Positions 45,759-54,845 of a DNA stretch of 64,000 nt are shown here, piece by piece (within the stretch, counting starts at the first letter, position 1; each line of letters opens with the position of its first letter). Source of the DNA: Deltaproteobacteria bacterium. Lineage in GTDB: Bacteria; Myxococcota_A; Polyangia; JAAYKL01. The translations under genes and the position numbers were made by a program. The stretch lies in contig JAQTNF010000007.1 of assembly GCA_028713995.1 (NCBI GenBank), positions 1,740 to 65,739 of the forward strand, in the 5' to 3' direction. The notes beneath the pieces are model-generated. The model was not told where the DNA came from. It searched no databases and saw only the letters and a program-made list of their open reading frames with translations.

Positions 45759-46820
45759 TCAACCGGCGTCGCCGGCGTCGAACCCCGCGTCGAACCCTCC
45801 GTCGAACCCCCCATCGATATCCGAATCCGAATCCGAGTCCGAGTCGGTGTCGGTGTCGGCATCCGTGTCCGTGTCGCCGCCGCCAGGCAGGCAATAGTCC
45901 ACTGATTTCGGCGCGGTCGCGCTTGTTGCGAGCCCCGCCTCCGTGAACGTCTCGCAGGCGTATCCGTCGGCGCCGCGGCAGTCGGCTGCGCCCCCGCATT
46001 TCCTGAAGCACCCTCCATAGTACGATGCTCCGATGACGCCTATGCAGCTTCCGTTGTCTCCGCATCCCGTCCACGTGGCGGTGTCGAAGCAGCTCCTGGA
46101 GCAGTAGCCGTTGGGGAAGGTGACGGATTTGGTGCCGAATGTCGCGGAGGTGATGCACGCGGTCGCGCCGGAGGCGCCGCCGCAGTCGGCGGTCGCCGTG
46201 GCGGTCTTGCATGGCGCGCCGAGCTTGCTCGTGGGCAGGCAGAACTTGGCGGTCGTGGTGCTGAGGCCCGGATCGATGCCCGAGTCGGCGAACGTCACGC
46301 AGGAGTACCCGTCTTCGGCGCGGCACTCGGCGTCCGACGCGCACTTCTCGACGCACCTGCCGACGAACAGGTTGGGCGCGATCCCGACGCACTTCGCGTT
46401 GGATCCGCACCCCGTCCCGTACGTCGGATCCGAGCAGCTCTTGGAGCAGTAGCCGCCCAGCCAGACGACGCTCACTCCGGTGACCGATGTCGTCTCCATG
46501 CAGGTGGGCATGACCGAACCGCCGCAATCCGTCGTCGCGGTGGCCGCGGTGCATGCGGCGCCGTAGTCGATCTCCCCGGCGTCGGGCGCGGTGTCGCTCT
46601 CCGTGTCCGATCCCCCGTCCGCGTCCGAGTCCGTGTCGCTGTCCGAATCCGTGTCGCTGTCCGAGTCCGAGTCGCTGTCCGAGTCCGAGTCCACGTCCGT
46701 GTCAGACGCGTCGATCCCCGCGTCGGAGGATCCGTCTGCCTGCGAGACCACGCACCCCGGCGCAAGCCACACGACCGCGAGAACAGCGAGAACGATCCAC
46801 ATTCCGAAAGACGCGCGCAT
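45759..46820 (-). CDS. Secreted lipoprotein with N- and C-terminal poly-acidic (DSD/DTD) stretches and two ~110-aa Cys-rich repeats
   Basis: RBS AAGGGAGG. Signal peptide with LAPGC. (DSDSDSD) runs at both ends. Duplicated TAT(A)TDCGG...GYCS(K/R)SC...GCG(S/D)N..C(V/I)G module. Confidence 0.7.
   Translation of the reverse strand: MRASFGMWIVLAVLAVVWLAPGCVVSQADGSSDAGIDASDTDVDSDSDSDSDSDSDTDSDSDTDSDADGGSDTESDTAPDAGEIDYGAACTAATATTDCGGSVMPTCMETTSVTGVSVVWLGGYCSKSCSDPTYGTGCGSNAKCVGIAPNLFVGRCVEKCASDAECRAEDGYSCVTFADSGIDPGLSTTTAKFCLPTSKLGAPCKTATATADCGGASGATACITSATFGTKSVTFPNGYCSRSCFDTATWTGCGDNGSCIGVIGASYYGGCFRKCGGAADCRGADGYACETFTEAGLATSATAPKSVDYCLPGGGDTDTDADTDTDSDSDSDSDIDGGFDGGFDAGFDAGDAG
46600..46745. 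repeat. Tandem (gtccga/gtcgct) repeats encoding DSDSD
   Basis: A second, shorter run lies at 45800..45880 in the same gene. Confidence 0.75.
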
Positions 46821-46926
46821 GGAGACCTCCCTTTATTGCGGGCAATACGGCCCGCTCCCGGTCAAGAAAGACCTATTATAGCGCCTGACGGCCCGGACCG
46901 GGATGGGATAGTTCGTCGCCACGGTG

Positions 46927-48648
46927 TCAGTATCGACGGGGCCCGTTTCGCACGGTTTGGGCGGGCCTCATAACGAGCATGGCCTTCTGGCGCGCGCGCT
47001 CCCTCGGGTCGGCCACGAACAGGGGGCTGCCGTCCTCGTCGACGCGCGCCGCGTACAAGGCCGCGGCCAGGGTGCCCGGCAGCGGGATGAAGCCTTGAAC
47101 CTGCCGCAGGCGCTGGCCGCGTCGTGCGAGCCAGGCGCCCGTGAGATCCGCGTCCGCGGCCGCGCAGCCCGGGAAGCCGTAGATGAAGTAGGGGACCAGG
47201 TACTGCTGCTTGCCCGCGCGCCTACTGGCCTCGAGGAAGCGGCGCTCAAACTCCTCGAACAGACCGATCTCGGGCTTGCGCATGCGGCGAAGGACGTCCG
47301 ACGCCACGTGCTCGGGCGCGACCTTGAGGTGGCCGCCCGTGTGGCGCGCCGCAATCGCCTCGACGAAGCGCGGATCGCGCAGGGCGAGGTCGTGCCGGAT
47401 GCCGCTCGCGAGCAGCACGCGACGCACGCCAGAAAGGCGCGAGGCGTCGTCGAGCACGGCGAGGAGCGGACCGTGGTCCGCGGACAGGTGGCGGCAGATG
47501 GCCGGATGGAGGCACGAGGATCTTCGGCACGCGCGGCAGCGCTCCCTGGCGCTGGTGACCGCCGAAAAGGCGTTGGCCGTGGGCCCGCCCACGTCGGAGA
47601 TCGTGCCCTTGAAGCCCGCGAAGCGCGCGAGCGCATGGATCTCGTCGAGGATCGAGGCGGCCGAGCGGAAAGAGACGACCCGTCCCTGGTGCACGGCGAG
47701 CCCGCAGAACGAGCATCCTCCGGGACAGCCGCGGTGAGAGATGACGGACCAGCGCACGGTCTCGAGGGCCGGCACGGGCTCCCGGTACGAGGGGTGCGAG
47801 GTGCGCGAGAACGGCAGCGCGAAGATCCGATCCAGCTCATCGAGGTCGACGTCGGGCCTCGGCTCGGCCACCACCCACCCCTCGGCGTGGCGCTGCCGCA
47901 CCCGGCCCGCGAAGAACGGCCTCGAGGTCGCTTCGAGGGCCTCGGTCGCGGATACGAGGAGCCTCAGATCCGCGGCCACGTCCTCGTATCCGGGAAGCTC
48001 CACGTCGACGCCGGGAACGGGCACAGGAGGATCCCGCGTGAGACGCGCCGTGCCTGGGATGCCGGCGAGGTCCCGGCCGGCCGAGAGCCGCGCCGCGATC
48101 TTGAGCACCGGCGCCTCGCCCGCGCCGTAGACGAGCAGATCCGCGCGCGAGTCCACGAGGACCGAGCGCCGCACCGCGGCCTTGCGGGGATCGAAGTAGA
48201 CGAAGCGTCGCAGGCTCGCCTCGATGCCGCCGAGCACCACGGGCAGGCCCGGGAAGGCCTCGCGCACGCGGTTCGCGTACACGATGGTCGCGTTGTCGGG
48301 ACGGTCGCCGCCCCGGCCGCCCGGCGCGTACGCGTCGTCGCGGCGCCTGCGCATGTCCGCGGTCCAGTTGTTGACGATCGAGTCCACGGCCCCGGCCGTG
48401 ACCCCCGCGAACAGGGCCGGCCGCCCGAGCCGCGCGAAGTCGGCCGTGGAGCGCGCGTCGGGCCTCGCCACGATGCCCACCTTGTACCCCGCGGCCTCGA
48501 GCACGCGGCCGATGACCGCGGCGCCGTGGCTCGGGTGGTCGAAGTAGGCGTCGCCCGTGACGAGCAGCACGTCGAGCTCGCGCCATCCCCGCGCGTCCAT
48601 CTCGTCGCGGGTCATGGGCAGGAGGGGGCTTGCGCGCCGCTCCGTCAC
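46927..48648 (-). CDS. ygiQ: YgiQ-family radical SAM protein (UPF0313)
   Basis: N-terminal YgiQ domain (MTRDEMDARGWRELDVLLVTGDAYFDHPS aligns with the E. coli YgiQ start). CPGGCSFC radical-SAM motif. ATGA overlap with the upstream gene. Confidence 0.8.
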   Translation of the reverse strand: MTERRASPLLPMTRDEMDARGWRELDVLLVTGDAYFDHPSHGAAVIGRVLEAAGYKVGIVARPDARSTADFARLGRPALFAGVTAGAVDSIVNNWTADMRRRRDDAYAPGGRGGDRPDNATIVYANRVREAFPGLPVVLGGIEASLRRFVYFDPRKAAVRRSVLVDSRADLLVYGAGEAPVLKIAARLSAGRDLAGIPGTARLTRDPPVPVPGVDVELPGYEDVAADLRLLVSATEALEATSRPFFAGRVRQRHAEGWVVAEPRPDVDLDELDRIFALPFSRTSHPSYREPVPALETVRWSVISHRGCPGGCSFCGLAVHQGRVVSFRSAASILDEIHALARFAGFKGTISDVGGPTANAFSAVTSARERCRACRRSSCLHPAICRHLSADHGPLLAVLDDASRLSGVRRVLLASGIRHDLALRDPRFVEAIAARHTGGHLKVAPEHVASDVLRRMRKPEIGLFEEFERRFLEASRRAGKQQYLVPYFIYGFPGCAAADADLTGAWLARRGQRLRQVQGFIPLPGTLAAALYAARVDEDGSPLFVADPRERARQKAMLVMRPAQTVRNGPRRY

Positions 48649-50102
48649 GCGAGCCTCCTTCCCTGGCGCCTGGGATAGCGCGCCTTGCGCGGGGTGCGGG
48701 CGCGTTTCAGATCCTCATCGACGGCCTTCCGGGCGAGCGCGGGATCGAGGCCGCGCGCGTTCTCGAGATAGAGCCGCAGGGTCGAGGCAAGGAGCTTCTG
48801 CGACGGCGCGTGGGTCCCGCGCATCTTTTGCCACAGGAAGTCGGCGAGCTCCATGTAGCGCGCGAACGGTGAACCGCCTTCGCGCACGAGCGCGTCGGAT
48901 GTCGGGAAGCCGCCGTTGTTGTGCACGAGATCGAGGGAGCGCGCGGTGCGCTTCACGCGCTGCATGGCGTCGAAGCCGATGGTCGAGGTCTCCAGGATCT
49001 CGTACGGCGCGGACGGGCTGTAGACCATGCGGAACGGCCCGTCGTGCCGCGCGATGGGCGCGCCGCGAAGGCGTTTCAGGATGCCGAGCTGGATCTCGTG
49101 GGGCCCCGCGTCGAACAGGCGATCGAACCCCGCGGCCAGGCTCTCGAGCGTCTCGCCGGGCAGGCCGGCCACGAGGTCCGCGTGCACGTGGGCGTTCGTC
49201 TCCTTCGCGAGCAGGCGCACCGTCGCGAGGGCCTTGTCGGGATCCTGCCTGCGACCCACGCGCGCCGCGACCTCCGGGTCGAGCGTCTGGATCCCGGCCT
49301 CGAGCTGCAGCGTGCCGGGCAAGAAGGCCGCGATGAGCGGGAGCAGGGGCTCAGGCAGATGGTCGGGCACGAGCTCGAAGTGCACGTGGGCGCCCGGCTC
49401 GAAGCGCTCGAGGAAGAAGCGCAGGATGGCCGGAGTGACGGCCAGGTGCAGGGCGCGGTCCACGAACTTGAAGCGCCGCGCGCCGCGGGACCACAACCCT
49501 TCCAGCGCGCCAAGGAGCTTCGCCTCGGGGACCCTGCGCACCTTGTCGTCGAGCGCCGAGAGGCAGAACTCGCAGGCATACGGGCACCCGCGCGACGCCT
49601 CCACGTAGACGTTGCGGTGCGCGAGATCCTCGGCGTCGTACAGGTCGTAGGGCAAGGCGAGGCTCCCGAGATCGGGCGGCGGGGCCTGAACGACGCGCGA
49701 AGCGGGCCGCTCGCCCTTGAGCAGCTGCTCGCACAGGACCGCGAACGCGAGCTCGCCCTCGCCCTTGATCGTGTCGTCCGCGAGCGACACGATGCGCTGC
49801 CCTTCGGTCTCGTGGCTCACCTCGGGTCCGCCCAGGACCACGGCCACGTCCGGGCGCAGGGCCTTCAGCCGGGCAACGAGATCGAGCGCCGCGTCCGCGT
49901 TCCACACGTACACGCCCAGGCCCACCACGCGCGGGCGCTCGCTGAGGATGCGCTCGAGCATGTCCGAAGGGCGATCCGCGAGGGTGAATTCCAGGATGCG
50001 CGCGCGCCCGGCGAGCGGGCCCAGGTTGGCGAGCAGCAGGCGCGAGGCGAGGCTCGCGTGGCTGTACCTGGCGTTCACCGCGGCGATGACGATGTCGCTC
50101 AT
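48645..50102 (-). CDS. B12-binding-domain radical SAM protein
   Basis: N-terminal MSDIVIAAVNARYSHASLA, typical of the B12-rSAM class. CPYACEFC motif. Start overlaps the tatD stop. Confidence 0.8.
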   Translation of the reverse strand: MSDIVIAAVNARYSHASLASRLLLANLGPLAGRARILEFTLADRPSDMLERILSERPRVVGLGVYVWNADAALDLVARLKALRPDVAVVLGGPEVSHETEGQRIVSLADDTIKGEGELAFAVLCEQLLKGERPASRVVQAPPPDLGSLALPYDLYDAEDLAHRNVYVEASRGCPYACEFCLSALDDKVRRVPEAKLLGALEGLWSRGARRFKFVDRALHLAVTPAILRFFLERFEPGAHVHFELVPDHLPEPLLPLIAAFLPGTLQLEAGIQTLDPEVAARVGRRQDPDKALATVRLLAKETNAHVHADLVAGLPGETLESLAAGFDRLFDAGPHEIQLGILKRLRGAPIARHDGPFRMVYSPSAPYEILETSTIGFDAMQRVKRTARSLDLVHNNGGFPTSDALVREGGSPFARYMELADFLWQKMRGTHAPSQKLLASTLRLYLENARGLDPALARKAVDEDLKRARTPRKARYPRRQGRRLA

Positions 50103-50884
50103 GAAAGGCCGAACAGGCGCCTCGCGTTGGCTGTCGTGAGAAGCGCCGCGTCCTCGAAAGAGAGCCCGCGCAAGGAGGCGAGGGCGCGCACCACGAAAGC
50201 CGCGTGCCTCGGCTCCACGTCGTTCGCCTCAACGCCTTCGAGCCCGATGGACGGGGCATCGGTCTCCACGAGCACCCGATCCACAGGGGCCGCGGCCGCG
50301 CTCGAACGCGCCCTGTCCGCGCCCGGTCGCGTGATCGCGCCGCCGAACGCCACGTGCAGCCCGAGAGCGAGGAAGCGCCGCATGAGCTCCGGGCCGCGCG
50401 AGAACGCGTGGACCACGCCTTTTACCGGCGCCGGTCGGCGCTTCAGGATCGCGAGCATCTCCTCGAACGCGCTCCGGCAGTGGAGCAGGACCGGAAGCCC
50501 GAGCGCCGCGGCCACGTCGAGCTGGCTTTCGAAGGCGCGCACCTGTCGCTCGCGGTCGCAGCCCTCGATCTTGAAGTCGAGGCCGATCTCGCCCACGGCC
50601 ACGGCGTTGTGCCCGCGCAGGAGCCGCTCGAGGCGCCCGAGGTCGAGCTCCTCGGATGAGACCCACGGGTGGAGCCCGAATGCCACAAAGACCCCGTTCC
50701 GGCCGGACAGGGCCGCGAGCGGATCCCACGATGCGGTGTCGTAGGCCGCGGCGACGACGCGGGTCACACCGGCCTCGGAAGCGCGCGCGAGAACGCCGTC
50801 CACGTCCGCGGACAAGGGCGCGATCGTCAGATGGCAGTGCGTGTCCACGATCCCGGCCGCCGGCGCTGTGTCCCGCGATTGCAT
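50099..50884 (-). CDS. tatD: TatD-family metal-dependent hydrolase (DNase)
   Basis: VDTHCHL start motif. Conserved His/Glu/Asp ligands (GEIGLD, HCR, VHAF, ETDAP). Confidence 0.8.
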   Translation of the reverse strand: MQSRDTAPAAGIVDTHCHLTIAPLSADVDGVLARASEAGVTRVVAAAYDTASWDPLAALSGRNGVFVAFGLHPWVSSEELDLGRLERLLRGHNAVAVGEIGLDFKIEGCDRERQVRAFESQLDVAAALGLPVLLHCRSAFEEMLAILKRRPAPVKGVVHAFSRGPELMRRFLALGLHVAFGGAITRPGADRARSSAAAAPVDRVLVETDAPSIGLEGVEANDVEPRHAAFVVRALASLRGLSFEDAALLTTANARRLFGLS

Positions 50885-50982
50885 CGGACGAGGCGTACGG
50901 CCCGTTGCCGGGCAGTGTCAAGCGACCGGGAGACGGGTTTGTTGGCGCCAGGGCCGCGCTCCGGTGCTAAGCTCGCGAGGTC

Positions 50983-51753
50983 ATGCTCATGCTCCCTCTC
51001 CAGTCCGGAAGCTCGGGGAACTGCGTCTTCGTGGAGGCCGCGGGAGTGCGCCTTCTCGTCGACGCGGGGGTGAGCGGCGTGCAGGCCGAACGGCGGCTCG
51101 CGGCGGCCGGCGTCGACATCCGGACCGTGGACGCGCTCCTCGTGTCGCACGACCACTCGGATCACGTGCGCTGCGCCGGGGTCTTCCAGCGCAAGTACAA
51201 GATCCCCATCCTCGCCACGGAGAAGACGCTCGACGCGGCCGAGCGCTGGTCGCCTCTCGGGAGGCTCTTCGACGTGCGCCCCTTCACCTCGGGCGACACG
51301 GTGCGCCTGGGGCCCTTGTCGATCGAGACGGTGCGCACCCCGCACGACGCCGCGGACGGCGTGGGCTTCGTGGTGGACGACGGGAGGCGCAGGCTCGGCG
51401 TCCTCACCGATCTGGGCCACGTGTTCGACGGGCTCGCGCAGCTCGTCTCGTCGCTCGACGCGGTGCTCCTCGAGAGCAACCACGACGTCGCCATGCTCGA
51501 GGGCGGACCTTACCCCGCGTTCCTGAAGAGCCGCATCCGCGGTCCGGCCGGGCACATCTCGAACGACGAGGCGGCCGCGCTCCTGCGAGGCGCCGCGCCG
51601 CGGCGGATGGCGTGGGCGTGCCTCGCGCACCTGTCCCACGAGAACAACACGCCGAGGCTCGCGCTCGAGACGCACCGCGCCCTGGGCGCGAAGGGCCTGC
51701 AACTGCACGTGGCGAGCCGCAGCGCGGCCGGACCCGCGCTCGAGGTGGGGTAG
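50983..51753 (+). CDS. MBL-fold metallo-hydrolase (YycJ/beta-lactamase-like)
   Basis: HxHxDH motif (SHDHSDH). Downstream D/H metal ligands. Confidence 0.8.
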   Translation: MLMLPLQSGSSGNCVFVEAAGVRLLVDAGVSGVQAERRLAAAGVDIRTVDALLVSHDHSDHVRCAGVFQRKYKIPILATEKTLDAAERWSPLGRLFDVRPFTSGDTVRLGPLSIETVRTPHDAADGVGFVVDDGRRRLGVLTDLGHVFDGLAQLVSSLDAVLLESNHDVAMLEGGPYPAFLKSRIRGPAGHISNDEAAALLRGAAPRRMAWACLAHLSHENNTPRLALETHRALGAKGLQLHVASRSAAGPALEVG

Positions 51754-51759
51754 GGGAGA

Positions 51760-53994
51760 CTATTTCGTTTTCCCGAATTTCGCCCGATACGCCCAGGTGA
51801 GGATCGTGTCGCGGTACGCGGTCAGGTCGTCGACGACGTCGGGCCGCGAGGCGGACAGGTCCTTTCGCTCCAGGGGATCCGCGCGGAAATCGAAGAGCTG
51901 CTGCAGGCCGCTCCAGCCCATCTGATGGAGCACGAAGTCCCCCTTGCGCACGGACACCCGCGCGAGGGGCTCCTTGTCCTTCGCCACGTACTCGGGCAGG
52001 AAGAACTGCTGCATGATCGGCCGGCCGTCGTCGCGCCTGCCCTGGATCTGGGGCAGGAGGCTGTTGCCCGCGAGCTGGGGAGTCCTCAAACCGACCATGT
52101 TGAGCAGCGTCGGCATGACGTCGATGTCGCTCGCGACCTGCCGGATGCGACGCCCGCCCGAGTAAGGGCTCCAGAAGGCCATCGGGATCCACGTGACCGC
52201 CGTGGACAGATCGTAGTCCTGGTGGAACTTGCGGTGCGGCGGATCAAAGGCCTGCCCATGATCGGCCGTGAGCGCGACGACGTATGGGCGGTCGCCGAGG
52301 CGCTGCGCGACGGCCGCGAGCAGCTTGTCGACGTACTTGTCGACGGTCCTCACCTCCGCGTCGTAGATGTCCGACTCGGTCCCGCCGGGGAACGGCTCGA
52401 CGCCGGGCGCGAGCCTGTGGGGATAGTGCGCGTCCGTGTAGTGGACCCAGAGGAAGAACCTGTCCTTGGCCGCGAGCTTGTCGAGCCAGCCGATGGCCGC
52501 CGTCGTCACGCCCTCCCCGCTCTTGTGGCGCTCGTCCTTGTTCACCGCCGAGGAGTCCACGGTGCCGAACCCCCGGTAGAGCCACCTGATCTTCTTCGCG
52601 AAGTAGTCGTCCGGCGCCACGGCCACGGTCTCGTAGCCGGCCTTGCCGAACACGTCGGCCATCGTCTTCTGGGTCCCGCGCCAGCCCGACGTGGGGCGGC
52701 GCGACGGCGTCCGCGCGATCTGGCTGGCGTGCAGCGAGGTCATGATCGACGGGAAGCTGAGCCGCGTGGAAGGACCCTCGCTGAACGCGGCATCGAACAC
52801 GGCCGCCGACCTGGACCGCTCGACGAGGAGCGGCGTCGTGGGGCGCTTGTAGCCGTAGAGGCTCATGTGCATGGCCGAGAACGCGTCGACCGTGACGAGG
52901 ATGACCGGCATGGCCCGCGGTGTCGGGGTGGCCGGATAGTCGTGACGGCCGGGCCTCGCCAGGGGCGACTTGATGAGCGCGCCGTCGCGGCCGTTGCAGT
53001 CCTGATCCACGCCGTCGCCCGGGATCTCCACCGCGCCGGGGTGCACCGCCGGGTTCAAGGGGGCGCAGTCGCCCTGGCCGAACCAGACCGAATAGCCGTC
53101 CCGATCGATGTCGAACAGGGCCATGGAGGCGCGGGAGATCGGGGTCAGGGGGCCCGAGGCGGAGGCGACGAGGATGTCGGCCCCGACGAACGAGCGGGGC
53201 AGGACCGCGGACGTGAGGAGGCCGGCCGCGAACACGAGGGCCCAGGCCGCGCCCGCGATCCTGCGTCCGATCCTTCCCAGGGGGAAGCGCCGTCGCAGGA
53301 AGACGAAGAGCGCGAAGAGCGTGAGCCCGCCCGCCGAGACGAGCGGCGCCCGCCAGGGCACGAGCGAACCGACGTTTCGCCACAGGACGGCCGTCGCGAT
53401 CGCCGCAGCGAGCGCGACCATTCCGACGAGCGCCGCGATGACCACGGCAGGGGCGGGCGGCTTGCGGACGAGGCCGGCGAGGAGGGTGCCCGTGCGGCTC
53501 CACGCGGGCCACAGGAGCCCGGTCGCGAGGAACGCGCCGACAGAAGCGGCGAACGCGAGCACGGCCATGAAGAACGGCGTTTGTACCGCGACCACGATCT
53601 CGTCGAGGACCGCGAGCGCCGCAAGGGAGGCCGCCGCGAACCAGAGCGCGAGGGCGGCGAGGCGCGCGATGAAACGCCCGCGCACGTGCGGGTCGGCGGA
53701 CCACAACCAGCCGCGCGCCGAGAGCCACTTGAGGGAGATGAGCTCCTGCGCCGGAGCGCGGCCGCAAAGGTACGTCGCGAGCAGGCCCGCGGGAATGATC
53801 GCGCAGAGCGCCGCCGCCCCGTACAGAAATGCCGAGATGAGCACCGCGCAGGCGATGATCGCCGGGCGGGCGCCGTCCTGCACGCCGTCGACGACGAGGG
53901 CCACGAGCTCGGCGACGAAGAAGGCCGAAAAAAGGCGCAGGCTCCACGCGGTCGCGAATCGCAGGTTCCGGATCACGGCGGCATCATTCCTCAT
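51760..53994 (-). CDS. Sulfatase/alkaline-phosphatase-superfamily membrane protein (LtaS/EptA-like transferase) with a MopE-like metal-binding motif
   Basis: N-terminal 5+ TM helices. Periplasmic sulfatase-fold domain (VILVTVDAFSAMHMS ... TADHGQ). Motif GDGVDQDCNGRDG. Start set at MRNDAAV; the ORF-track start is 54243. Confidence 0.65.
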   Translation of the reverse strand: MRNDAAVIRNLRFATAWSLRLFSAFFVAELVALVVDGVQDGARPAIIACAVLISAFLYGAAALCAIIPAGLLATYLCGRAPAQELISLKWLSARGWLWSADPHVRGRFIARLAALALWFAAASLAALAVLDEIVVAVQTPFFMAVLAFAASVGAFLATGLLWPAWSRTGTLLAGLVRKPPAPAVVIAALVGMVALAAAIATAVLWRNVGSLVPWRAPLVSAGGLTLFALFVFLRRRFPLGRIGRRIAGAAWALVFAAGLLTSAVLPRSFVGADILVASASGPLTPISRASMALFDIDRDGYSVWFGQGDCAPLNPAVHPGAVEIPGDGVDQDCNGRDGALIKSPLARPGRHDYPATPTPRAMPVILVTVDAFSAMHMSLYGYKRPTTPLLVERSRSAAVFDAAFSEGPSTRLSFPSIMTSLHASQIARTPSRRPTSGWRGTQKTMADVFGKAGYETVAVAPDDYFAKKIRWLYRGFGTVDSSAVNKDERHKSGEGVTTAAIGWLDKLAAKDRFFLWVHYTDAHYPHRLAPGVEPFPGGTESDIYDAEVRTVDKYVDKLLAAVAQRLGDRPYVVALTADHGQAFDPPHRKFHQDYDLSTAVTWIPMAFWSPYSGGRRIRQVASDIDVMPTLLNMVGLRTPQLAGNSLLPQIQGRRDDGRPIMQQFFLPEYVAKDKEPLARVSVRKGDFVLHQMGWSGLQQLFDFRADPLERKDLSASRPDVVDDLTAYRDTILTWAYRAKFGKTK

Positions 53995-54088
53995 TTTCCC
54001 GGTGGGCACAACAAGCCCAGGAACAATCCCTGACCGACGGTCCGCGATAAGATAGAATGAGATGTACGCGCAAAAGGAGGGACGACGC

Positions 54089-54844
54089 ATGAGGAGGCTC
54101 GTTTCGGTTCTGGTCGCGTTCGCGGCTCTGTCGGGAGCGGCGTTCGGGTGCGACGGCGGCAAGGGGGACGGCGCGCTCGCGTCATTCTCGGGCAGCGAGT
54201 GCAAGAAGGACGGGTACGAGGGACTGTTGATGCCCCTGCTCACTTTGCCGAGCAGCGGCGGCTACGACGGGTTGCAGTGCATCTCGTGGAAGCGCGCGGC
54301 GGACGGGACGCTCGAGGTCGACCTCGTCAACTTCCCTGGAGCGTGTGGGGCCCGGTACGAGGGCGAGGCCGCGCTCGAGAACGCCCACACGCTGCGGCTC
54401 GCGGCGCTGAACCCGAGCTGCGAGATCGCGTCGTGCGGATCGTGCATCTACGACTGGTCGTACGAGGTCGAGGGCGTGGCCGCGGACGCGGACTTGAAGC
54501 TCGTCATGGAGGAGAACGCGTGCCCCGACGGCGAGGAAGGCGCCAGGGTGGACGAGGCGACCATCCCCAAGGCGCGCCTGTCCGCGGGCATCATGTGCCG
54601 CTACGTGGACAGCGGGGTCATGGAATGGGTCGCGGGCTGCGGCGCGCTGCACCTGCCGTGCGGGACGGGCAGCGGCATGTGCCCGGAGGAGCCCGTGCCC
54701 TGCCAGGGCGACCTCGTGTGCAACGCCACGGGCGTGGGGAGCGACGAGGTGTGCATGCAGCCGTGCTCCACGTCGTCGCAATGCCCCCTGCCCGACGTGC
54801 TCACGTGCGACGGCGAGGTCTGCCGCCTCACCGAGACCTGGTAG
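54089..54844 (+). CDS. Cysteine-rich lipoprotein
   Basis: RBS AAAGGAGGG. Lipobox AAFGC|DGG. 24 Cys. Confidence 0.6.
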   Translation: MRRLVSVLVAFAALSGAAFGCDGGKGDGALASFSGSECKKDGYEGLLMPLLTLPSSGGYDGLQCISWKRAADGTLEVDLVNFPGACGARYEGEAALENAHTLRLAALNPSCEIASCGSCIYDWSYEVEGVAADADLKLVMEENACPDGEEGARVDEATIPKARLSAGIMCRYVDSGVMEWVAGCGALHLPCGTGSGMCPEEPVPCQGDLVCNATGVGSDEVCMQPCSTSSQCPLPDVLTCDGEVCRLTETW

Positions 54845-54845
54845 A

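Noticed and set aside
51925-54033. 702-aa plus-strand ORF (Arg/Glu/Asp/Gly-rich)
   Set aside because: Antisense to the sulfatase-fold membrane transferase 51760..53994.
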